Below the pieces are notes generated by a model. That model ran no database searches. It was not told where the DNA came from and saw only the letters and a program-made list of their open reading frames with translations. Positions 17,464 through 25,346 of a stretch of 27,458 bases of DNA are shown in pieces. Source of the stretch: Candidatus Thorarchaeota archaeon (lineage in GTDB: Archaea; Asgardarchaeota; Thorarchaeia; Thorarchaeales; Thorarchaeaceae); contig JBHIAE010000037.1 in assembly GCA_046758445.1 (NCBI GenBank), positions 1 to 27,458 on the forward strand. The letters are read 5' to 3'. The position numbers and the translations under genes were made by a program. Position 1 is the first letter of the stretch, and the number at the start of each line of letters is the position of its first letter.

Positions 17464-20400
17464 CTACTGTTCATAGAACGTGACACCTTTCTCCTCAAGG
17501 GCCTGCTTGACCTCCTCTCTTATCACACTGAGTAAGTCTTCATCAATGCCATATGGTGTGAGACTAGCATTCACCTCAGTATCAACATGTTCTGAGTCGA
17601 TGGCCCCAGCAAACTGGGAGTCATTGAGACATCCGTTGACATCACTCACCACGTATACATGCGGACTATCCCCGTCATCTGACTCCAAGAATACAACGAC
17701 CACCGTACGAGGTCGCTCCTTCCTGACCTCAAGTCCCTTGTACCTGAAGACGAGCGTTTCATCGTACAATGGAATGACCTCATCCAAGGACGACTTGAAC
17801 TCCTCATATCTCTCAAGGAGAGTCACTCTGTGGACTCCCAGTTCATTATCGAGATTGCTAAGATGAGAGAGAGGAGCAATCGCCTCGACCTCCTGACGGA
17901 ATACCTCTAACTCTTTGTCAGGCGGGGTACCCGGGGTCAGTATGAACGTGAATGTCCTGTTCCTCCACGGTCTGCCCGTGGTCCCGGAGATGATGGTCCA
18001 GAACAACTCGTTGCCTATAATCCTAGTCGATAGAAGCCATGTATCTCTTGACCAATCGAACTCGCTTACATCGGCTTCCCGAACTGCTTCCTCAAGCCGT
18101 GGGTAGTCGTGGAGCTTGCCGAAACTCACGTCCATGATGGCATTGACGTTGAGAATGAACGGATGCCACATTCTACTATCAGGGTCGAAGAGCTCCCTGC
18201 ACTCGGCTAGCAGTCCAAGAGCATGGACATCGAATCCAACCTCCTCCAGTCCTCTCAGGGAAGAGTCCTGTGGCAGGTCCTCTAGTTCGATCCTAAAGTT
18301 ACTATCTTCCTGACGGATGACCATGGTGATCTCATTCCCAGCGGTCGAAGCGAGCAGCTCCTTACACGTCCTTGGGTAATGAAACTCATCAGGATAGAAC
18401 CAACTTCGATGGACCAGAGGTTTCAGGAAGAAGAGGGAGTCGCCGCCATAGTCGATATCCCTCTTGTGATCCCAAGTGAGTGTGTTTCCCTGTGACCGAT
18501 GTCCCCCTCCTAGACGGACTGGCAACCTGAGGAATCGTACAAGTTCTCCAGTCCTTGAGAACTCAAGTCGTTCTTTGATAGAGTTTCCATGAAGCTCGAC
18601 CTCGTAGACCTTCTTGTCATTGTTGACACTGACCATCAGCTCCACGGGTATCGTCCTGTGCCTGACTCGTGCGAGCCTCCTGAGCGCCTCAGCGACGGAG
18701 TCTGGAACTGCGGGCACACTACCAGGGGAAGCAAGAGGGACTGTTGTTTCTAGTTTTAGCCAAGGAACTCTATTCCATCGTCCACTGGGTTTGCCATGCA
18801 CCAGAGAGAATGAAACCCATTGGAGATCGTCGTCATACTCGGTCAATACTGGTACCCAGAGGACCTTGGTTTTCAGGACCGTGGTCATGACAAGAGGAGT
18901 TGCATCGGTGGACAGTAGAGCCTCTTCTGCGAATCTCTTCATGTCCTGAGGGGCCGTCGCGCAGGCATGCCACTTTGGTGGGATCCATCTATCTCCGAGG
19001 CCCTTGACTAAACCTGTTAGAAATCCATCCTCATAGGGTATGAGGAGCAGAGCATCGAACCCGAACTCGGACTCCCTCCAGACGACAGCACCGACCTGTT
19101 CTTGTTCAATAGCCCTCTCAGGGAGATCGAGCTGCACAAGCGTCCTAGCACGTGTCCTGAGGTTGGAGAGGATTGCCTGAAAGCTATAGACCGACCTTGA
19201 TTCGCCGTCCTGGATGTTCATCCCGAGCTGGTAGAGTGTCCACTCGGCCACGGAGGACCAGAGATGTTCAGCAATGGATAGATTCCTGCCCTCAAGGGCG
19301 GCCAAGACAGCAAGGAACAGGTTGTTGCCATACAGGAGGAGGACGTCAGGGGTCATCTCCATGACATCCTCCATGGCCAGTCTGTTCTCTGAGTTCAAGA
19401 GGTCGAGAAGCCCCTGCCTGAGTGGAACGAGGTTCCTCCAGACTTCTACTCTCTTGGGGTCCTCAAGAATGGTCTTCCGAATCTTCCTGAGTGCATCAAG
19501 GAAGAACTCTGGTGTCTTCATAGAGGGGTCTTCTTGGATGATGGCGAACTGCTTTGCACAGAACCGTTCTATCCTCCTACAGCAGTCCCTCAGGCTCTTT
19601 GTGAGGTGACTCCGGTCGCTCAGATGCCGTGTCGCATAGTAGAGCCGCCTGAGTTCTAGTTCACGGGTTTCGATTGTGTCTATCTCTCCTGCCCCTGTGT
19701 CCCCCACCACTGGGGGATAGGAAGACACAGCATGTGCATCCTCATCTTCTTGAAACTGCTTTGGTGTCCGTTCATAGAACCAACGTCTGGTAATGCTGTT
19801 TTCAGAGTCGGTGAAAACATCAGTGTATCTCTTCTCTCCTCTTCTTGGAGTCGGTGGAGGTCTCTTGACATCGAGGACCATTCTATCACCCATTGTTGAC
19901 CCGCCATCTGAACTCACAGTCTGAATGACTGACTGCCAAGGAAGTCCTTCTGAGGGTGGCTCTTTCCCCACCTCCTCTTCAGAAGACGCAGGAACTCTAC
20001 ATCTTAGGACACTTGGTGCCAGAGTCAGTGCATCCTCTAGGACCTTGGAGAATGAGTCGTACGAGAGTCTACCAGTAGATGCATAGATCTCAGAGAGGGT
20101 CACTCCTCTTCCATGCATGGATGTGATGTGAGTGGTGTATGATACCATTACATCAGGAACGACGATCTTATCCCGCTTGGCAAGCCCTCTGAACTTCTCT
20201 GCAAATCCCACCAGCTGTGGCACATGGATTGCGACGCTCCAGGGGTCTGCCTTGGCAGGAGTGTCCTGCACGATGATTCGGACATCTTCCGCCTGTGGAG
20301 TCAACCATCCAAATCTCGAAGGCATTGTAGGGATGTTATAGATGATCTCGTCGAGGTGGGTCCTGCGGGGTGAGTCATGCCTGACAGGACTGACACCCCT

Positions 20401-23037
20401 CCGTTGGTAGTGGCAGTTCATTCGAGTGTGCGACACACCGCTGTCAATCCAGATGATGTTGATATTGGACTGTGGCAGAGTGTCAAGCATTCGTTGCTCA
20501 AGGGCACGGACCAGGTTCTGTTGATATCTTGGAACCATATCTCGGAGTTCTGTCCACCCATCGAGAACTACGATACGTTCACCATTCTCCTTCTCAGGAA
20601 GGACGGTCTCGATGTGTCTGACTAGCCTATCAAGTGCCTCTGCTCCCTCTATGATGATTTCATTGATATCAGTACTCAGGTCCAAGAACCTGATGGACCT
20701 GAGGGTTGAAGTGAGCTGTCGATGAACTCTCTTGGGTATCATCTGCTCATGCAGCAGGGCATCAAGTCCGAACCGTCTTCTGACCAGTTCATCCGTCTTG
20801 TAGTCCCCCATGAGGTCCAACCACACGACCTCCTCTATGGGTGTAGGGGATGTTTCGATACACTCTTGGACATGATGAAGGAGATGCCAGTCCCGCGAGA
20901 ACCTTGCTGCAGTGATTCCCGAGGAGGTCGGAGAGGGAATGGACACATAGAGTGTGAGGACCCGGGCATCCGTTTCTCGATCAATGAAGGGGTCTTCCAC
21001 AGGCAGACTGCCTGGACTGACCATCTCTTGGAGGAGTTCAGTGGGTCCTCTTGAGGGAGCAACAAGCAAGGCCACTCTGGGAGCATCATCTCCGGAACTC
21101 AGGGGTCCTGGCACAACCGAGATAGGGGTGTCCTGTTCGACAATCTGATGGAGGAGTCCTGTCATCAGGTCTTCAAGGAGATAGTGAAAGGCGGGGAAGA
21201 CCTCAATCGGACTCTGGTCTGTGTCCAAAACAATGACTCCCTTCCAGAGTGATGTGGGAGGGGTTGGATCGTGTACGGCAATCCTCTTGTACTCGTCGAG
21301 GACCTCGAGTTCGTAGTCCCTAAGCTGCTCAAGAGCGCTCTTGTCTGGACCTGATGTGACGAGGGTCTTCCATTCGTCATCGCTCATTGCACGTTTCCAT
21401 GCATAGAAGGCAGGAACGACCGAGGTCTTCCATTTTCGCTTGATCCGCATACCATAGAGGTTGAAATCAAGGGCAGTCTTGGTCTTGATCTCCAGGACCA
21501 TCACTGGTGTCCACAGGATTCGTCCTGCAATCTCCCGCCTGATGAAGATGGTGAGGTCCACTTGTCCCGAGCGTCTTGCAACAGGTAGCTCAGCGACCAC
21601 AAGAACGGATGCTAGTGAGTCGAGCATCTTGTCCCCTAAGAATGCGACTTGTTTCAGGGACGCTGGATGATGGAGGTCTGAGAGGAGTATCCTGTGCCAT
21701 TCGTTGCCCTCTCGCTGGCTGAGAAACAGGACCTGTTCAACAAGCTTCTCTACATCCCGGTCCAATATGTATCCGGCGTTAATATCAAGATAGTCAAGGA
21801 GTTTCAGCCAACACTCTCGTACAGTCTGGTCACTTGTCCTCGTTAGCTGCTTGACAATCTTCTCTCGGACCTCCTGGAAGGCCGTCTTATCACTGTGGTC
21901 TTCTAGCGGCCAAGTATCAGTATAATCAAGCATCTTTTGCAGGGACTTGCGCTCGGTCGTGTTGGTTGTCCTTTCCAACCGCCTAGCGACTTTTCCTCGT
22001 ATCTGTTCGATTGTCTTCTTGACATCTTCGTCAGCAACTAGTCCCGTGTCAATGTAGTCGAGGAACTCTAGTAGAAACCTTTGCTCATCCAAATCAGTGG
22101 TGTTCGCTAGCTGCTTGATGACCATCTTGCGGACCCTTTCAAGGGATAGATTTATGGAATTCTCTCCATGTCTTTTGGAGATGCGTTGACGGGACCTGGT
22201 TCGCTTCTTGTATAGCGCCCGGATTTCAAGGACTATCTTCCTGAGCTCGTGGTCAGCATGAGGATTGAAGTTCGGTCGTCCCTCTTGTCCATCAGTGTAT
22301 ATCCAGTCAAGGAAGGGTCTTAGTCGATGGATGAGGAGTCTGATGTAACGATGTGCCTCGGTCAAAGGTACGTGATAGATGAAACATTGCCTACAGAGCT
22401 CGACGCAATGCGCCCTGATCATGTCCACAAAGTCTAGTCCAGGCAGGGTGGGATGAGCAAGAAATATGCGTGGACTCTTTCCCTCCCTCTCATAACCATA
22501 TCGCCAATAGACTTTGACTGCGGTATCATCCACAATCTTGTCAGCCTCTATCTTGGTGAGGGTCTTCTTGCTCCCGTCAGGATATTCCCGGATCTGAAAT
22601 GCCAGTGGTCGTGGAAAGGGGTATAGGATCATTGCAAGGTCACGGAGCCGTGCACCTGCGTAATTTAGTAACGCATTGAGTGGACCGACAGTGCCCTCCA
22701 ACCAGCTATAGACTCGCTTGAACTCTCTGTTGCCGTATCGCTTGGTGCTGGTCCACACAATCTTGAGAAACTGACCCCGCATGTTTGGTTCGGCATTCTG
22801 TACGGGAGAGAAGTCTGTCTGGCTCAAGCCCTTCTGTTCTTCAAGGGAATTCCGGACCGAGACCCAAATCTTCTTGATGCTCTGACAGTACCTGCGGGTC
22901 TTCCTGCTGACTCTGTTCCGGGCAAGTCGATTTAGTGCCACGAGACCCATGTAGATTGCGGTACTGAGGATACCAGGTGAGTTATTGATCTTTCCTTTTC
23001 TACCCCTCATCAGTGTCACATAGACAAGACCTGTCAA
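17464..23037 (-). CDS. Giant uncharacterised protein (~1850 aa) with helical repeats, a PD-(D/E)XK nuclease domain and a degenerate RecA/KaiC-like P-loop domain
   Basis: Motifs E483..GQVD494..LE516IK518..Q571LRDY, 'LYVSIPSPTSSGIT' (Walker A-like, K->I) and 'RIVVLD826G' (Walker B-like). Numbering is from 23037. The true start may be ATG 23010, about 30 nt below a TTATAT box. Confidence 0.8.
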   Translation of the reverse strand: MTGLVYVTLMRGRKGKINNSPGILSTAIYMGLVALNRLARNRVSRKTRRYCQSIKKIWVSVRNSLEEQKGLSQTDFSPVQNAEPNMRGQFLKIVWTSTKRYGNREFKRVYSWLEGTVGPLNALLNYAGARLRDLAMILYPFPRPLAFQIREYPDGSKKTLTKIEADKIVDDTAVKVYWRYGYEREGKSPRIFLAHPTLPGLDFVDMIRAHCVELCRQCFIYHVPLTEAHRYIRLLIHRLRPFLDWIYTDGQEGRPNFNPHADHELRKIVLEIRALYKKRTRSRQRISKRHGENSINLSLERVRKMVIKQLANTTDLDEQRFLLEFLDYIDTGLVADEDVKKTIEQIRGKVARRLERTTNTTERKSLQKMLDYTDTWPLEDHSDKTAFQEVREKIVKQLTRTSDQTVRECWLKLLDYLDINAGYILDRDVEKLVEQVLFLSQREGNEWHRILLSDLHHPASLKQVAFLGDKMLDSLASVLVVAELPVARRSGQVDLTIFIRREIAGRILWTPVMVLEIKTKTALDFNLYGMRIKRKWKTSVVPAFYAWKRAMSDDEWKTLVTSGPDKSALEQLRDYELEVLDEYKRIAVHDPTPPTSLWKGVIVLDTDQSPIEVFPAFHYLLEDLMTGLLHQIVEQDTPISVVPGPLSSGDDAPRVALLVAPSRGPTELLQEMVSPGSLPVEDPFIDRETDARVLTLYVSIPSPTSSGITAARFSRDWHLLHHVQECIETSPTPIEEVVWLDLMGDYKTDELVRRRFGLDALLHEQMIPKRVHRQLTSTLRSIRFLDLSTDINEIIIEGAEALDRLVRHIETVLPEKENGERIVVLDGWTELRDMVPRYQQNLVRALEQRMLDTLPQSNINIIWIDSGVSHTRMNCHYQRRGVSPVRHDSPRRTHLDEIIYNIPTMPSRFGWLTPQAEDVRIIVQDTPAKADPWSVAIHVPQLVGFAEKFRGLAKRDKIVVPDVMVSYTTHITSMHGRGVTLSEIYASTGRLSYDSFSKVLEDALTLAPSVLRCRVPASSEEEVGKEPPSEGLPWQSVIQTVSSDGGSTMGDRMVLDVKRPPPTPRRGEKRYTDVFTDSENSITRRWFYERTPKQFQEDEDAHAVSSYPPVVGDTGAGEIDTIETRELELRRLYYATRHLSDRSHLTKSLRDCCRRIERFCAKQFAIIQEDPSMKTPEFFLDALRKIRKTILEDPKRVEVWRNLVPLRQGLLDLLNSENRLAMEDVMEMTPDVLLLYGNNLFLAVLAALEGRNLSIAEHLWSSVAEWTLYQLGMNIQDGESRSVYSFQAILSNLRTRARTLVQLDLPERAIEQEQVGAVVWRESEFGFDALLLIPYEDGFLTGLVKGLGDRWIPPKWHACATAPQDMKRFAEEALLSTDATPLVMTTVLKTKVLWVPVLTEYDDDLQWVSFSLVHGKPSGRWNRVPWLKLETTVPLASPGSVPAVPDSVAEALRRLARVRHRTIPVELMVSVNNDKKVYEVELHGNSIKERLEFSRTGELVRFLRLPVRLGGGHRSQGNTLTWDHKRDIDYGGDSLFFLKPLVHRSWFYPDEFHYPRTCKELLASTAGNEITMVIRQEDSNFRIELEDLPQDSSLRGLEEVGFDVHALGLLAECRELFDPDSRMWHPFILNVNAIMDVSFGKLHDYPRLEEAVREADVSEFDWSRDTWLLSTRIIGNELFWTIISGTTGRPWRNRTFTFILTPGTPPDKELEVFRQEVEAIAPLSHLSNLDNELGVHRVTLLERYEEFKSSLDEVIPLYDETLVFRYKGLEVRKERPRTVVVVFLESDDGDSPHVYVVSDVNGCLNDSQFAGAIDSEHVDTEVNASLTPYGIDEDLLSVIREEVKQALEEKGVTFYEQ
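21742..22143 (-). repeat. Three tandem ~44-aa helical repeats inside the giant protein
   Basis: LERVRKMVIKQLANTTDLDEQRFLLEFLDYIDT / IEQIRGKVARRLERTTNTTERKSLQKMLDYTDT / FQEVREKIVKQLTRTSDQTVRECWLKLLDYLDI. Confidence 0.8.
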
Positions 23038-23259
23038 TTGATATAAGTACTTTCGTGGGTAATCTAAAATACTCTAAATCAAGATTAAAGCGCGTATATC
23101 ACTTTTTTGCGGGAAAAAAGCATGGATAGCAATTAATCTTAATAAATTTATATACAACTCTACTATACAATTGTACGAGTTCAAAACCCCTTTCTTGGAC
23201 AAGAAGAGGAGTGAATTCGACTGACTGAAACAGGTCAGGAATTTATATACAAAGGCGGG
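23038..23259. promoter_or_regulatory. AT-rich divergent promoter region with archaeal TATA boxes
   Basis: AATTTATATACAA occurs twice (23145-23157 and 23240-23252, + strand). GAAAGTACTTATAT lies on the minus strand ending at 23041. A CTTTTTT-GCGGG-AAAAAAG inverted repeat is at 23102-23120. Confidence 0.65.
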
Positions 23260-24936
23260 ATGGCGATGGCTCCTTCCACAGGTGTGACAATCGCGGTTAA
23301 GGTTCCCATCAACTGGGAAGTCATGACCACGAGGACTAGGCAGCGGCTTAGACAGACCGTTGGACGAGATACTCGAGTGATACACGCTTTCCTTGGAATA
23401 ATCGAACAGCATGAAGACGAATTGTTAACAGGCAGAAACAGGATTGATGACGGCAAGCTGGATCAGTTGACCATGACAGCGCTCAAGGTCAAGTCTGGCT
23501 ACGAGAAACGACCATGTGTTCCACATGACTTCAAAGTCCGATTTCCTCGGATCTCTCAGAACGAGATGACCGAGTGTCGACAAACTGCTGTCGCGCTCTA
23601 CGAGGGCTATCTCGGACTCAGGACGAAGACAGGGAGAAAGGTTTCACGCCCAGCATCGACCAATAGCAGCCGAAGGATACCTCGGTGGGTCTTTTCCCAG
23701 AGATTCAGACTCATTGAGAATGAAACCTCCGCCTCTCGATGGTGGCTTGACATCAGGGACTCTCTTGACTCTGTTCAGGAAGAACGAACACGCCATGACC
23801 GTTTGAGCATCCCCCTCAGAATGTCGCCCTTCCATCTGAACCAACTCAGACGTGGTGAAGTGAAAGCAGTGCAGCTCTTCACTGATAGAAGAAGGAAGTG
23901 GTGGGCAACGATTGCGGTCAGGGTTGATGTTGATGAATCTCCTAAGAACAACCTTCCTGTTTGCATCATTGGAGTTGACCTTGGTATCGAGAAAGCCGCC
24001 TGCTCGACCCTCCTCACTCCTGAGAAGACAAGAGAGACTCGATACTTTGTCCAGAGAGAGAAGGTCAAGTCTATCAAGAAGTACGATAGGCTTGTGGCAG
24101 ACCTACAGAGAGAGATGTACACTAGAAAGAACAACGGAGATCCCTACGATGAAGTAGCTAGGCGGCTCCGTCGACTGCGTTCCAAGAGAGAGAATGTTGC
24201 CCGAGAGTATGACAGGGTACTTGTGCGTCATATTCTTGACTATATCTCGGAACTGTCCAGGAGGTACACACTCTATGTCGCCATTGGTCGCCTGAAGAAC
24301 ATGCGAATGCGTGCGAAGCGAGGGAACTACAAGGGTCGAAGGTTCAGAGGAATGATCCATTCTTGGGCCTTTGCTCGGATTACCAACAGTCTGAAACATG
24401 GACTTGCTCAGCTTGGATGGAAGGTCGATGGAAAGGATGCCCGGTTCAGAGCTGTTCCTGAGGCGTGGACCTCCATCATCTGCTGGAAGTGTGGCTGCAA
24501 GGGTAGGAGACCCAGACAGAATTACTTCCACTGTCCATCGTGTGGACAGAAGACCAATGCTGACCGAAATGGTAGTATCAACATCGCCGCACGCATGCTC
24601 ACGCTCACAAAGTCATTGCACTCTGTGAGAGGACTAGGTCTGTGGACTAGAGCCTTAGATAAGGCTCGACGTGCGCGACTGAAAGCCCGAAGGAAGAGAA
24701 CTTCTCAAGGGAAGTCCTTACTCTCCAAGAGAGGACCTGCATCAAGTCCCGGAGAGTCCGCGGCCGTTCACTATGTCCAGTTGGACCTCTCCAGCTTTGG
24801 TGACGAGGCTGGAGTGAGTGATGATGACCCTGCCGTGGGAAGAACTGTGAAAGTTCTCACTGTCGCTGGGAGTGATGGCCCGGCATCAGGAAAGGAGAAG
24901 GAGGCCAGGTCTGGAGGAGGGATCCCGTCCCGATGA
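23260..24936 (+). CDS. tnpB: TnpB-family RNA-guided endonuclease (IS200/IS605/IS607 OrfB; Cas12/Fanzor relative) with rearranged RuvC-II
   Basis: RuvC-I IIGVD240LG, RuvC-II position VAIG343RL, alternative Glu VPE401AWTS, zinc finger C408xxC411...C425xxC428 and RuvC-III NAD435RNGSINIA. Confidence 0.92.
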   Translation: MAMAPSTGVTIAVKVPINWEVMTTRTRQRLRQTVGRDTRVIHAFLGIIEQHEDELLTGRNRIDDGKLDQLTMTALKVKSGYEKRPCVPHDFKVRFPRISQNEMTECRQTAVALYEGYLGLRTKTGRKVSRPASTNSSRRIPRWVFSQRFRLIENETSASRWWLDIRDSLDSVQEERTRHDRLSIPLRMSPFHLNQLRRGEVKAVQLFTDRRRKWWATIAVRVDVDESPKNNLPVCIIGVDLGIEKAACSTLLTPEKTRETRYFVQREKVKSIKKYDRLVADLQREMYTRKNNGDPYDEVARRLRRLRSKRENVAREYDRVLVRHILDYISELSRRYTLYVAIGRLKNMRMRAKRGNYKGRRFRGMIHSWAFARITNSLKHGLAQLGWKVDGKDARFRAVPEAWTSIICWKCGCKGRRPRQNYFHCPSCGQKTNADRNGSINIAARMLTLTKSLHSVRGLGLWTRALDKARRARLKARRKRTSQGKSLLSKRGPASSPGESAAVHYVQLDLSSFGDEAGVSDDDPAVGRTVKVLTVAGSDGPASGKEKEARSGGGIPSR

Positions 24937-25084
24937 TGACGGACAATGCTCTTGCTAATTCTGAAATCCTTTGGATTTCGGAAGGTGGTGACACTGGCAG
25001 GAGAGGGGCGGAACACAGGAGTTTCTTGCTGTCGTGGTTCACTCACCACGAAATGTAAGATATGGGTTATCTCGAACATGTAGA
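24860..25084 (+). ncRNA. Putative omegaRNA (reRNA) scaffold / right-end region
   Basis: A series of hairpins follows the tnpB 3' end: 24925-24942, 24959-24983 (11 bp), 24990-25033, 25032-25051 (7 bp perfect) and 25053-25079. The position matches known TnpB omegaRNAs. The 5' boundary is a guess. Confidence 0.55.
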
Positions 25085-25234
25085 AGACGCGTATGGTGCG
25101 TCGACGGCACCTAATTCGCTCATGGACTGACTGATGGGATCATACCCCGGCTCAAGTAACCCTAGGCCGACTAGGACTACCGCGTAGATTACTGGGCCTA
25201 CGATTCCTGCCATGACGAGTCTGGAGCGTTCCAT
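25067..25234 (-). pseudogene. 5' fragment of a DUF998-family membrane protein gene
   Basis: MERSRLVMAGIVGPVIYAVVLVGLGLLEPGYDPISQSMSELGAVDAPYA has the DUF998 'PGY....xSELG' signature. It then runs into unrelated sequence (SSTCSR*) after about 50 aa. Confidence 0.8.
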
Positions 25235-25346
25235 TGTATCTATCACGTCTGACTCCGCTGCATATATCTCTTTGACTTCATGGTAGTGGCCGGAACAGCA
25301 AATCAATTACCACAATCCTGTGTAGTGAGAGCATTGGGGAAGACGT

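Larger units (their letters stand above)
17409..25084. mobile_element. Putative ~7.7 kb inserted element: giant PD-(D/E)XK protein, divergent TnpB and omegaRNA-like end
   Basis: Flanked by collinear, same-strand N- and C-terminal DUF998 fragments, encodes TnpB, and has hairpins near both ends. Boundaries are approximate (about +/-10 nt). No TIR, clear TSD or known transposase was seen. Confidence 0.65.

Noticed and set aside
17642-17653. 12-nt identity TCACTCACCACG between the giant gene (17642-17653) and the omegaRNA end (25039-25050), suggesting self-targeting
   Set aside because: Only 8 nt would fall in the putative guide and the match stops abruptly. This is compatible with chance.
17464-23037. 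Giant protein as a retroelement (RT plus restriction-like endonuclease) or tyrosine/serine recombinase
   Set aside because: No YADD/YxDD in an RT context (YDDD near the C-terminus lacks the flanking RT motifs), and no recognisable recombinase catalytic motifs.
24271-24300. TnpB as a nuclease-dead TldR-like regulator because RuvC-II Glu is Gly
   Set aside because: A compensating Glu is present in VPEAWTS and both Asp residues are intact, matching the known rearranged active site.
24937-25300. CRISPR array next to the Cas12-like/TnpB gene
   Set aside because: No regularly spaced direct repeats are visible on either side of tnpB or elsewhere in the window, and no cas1/cas2 is present.
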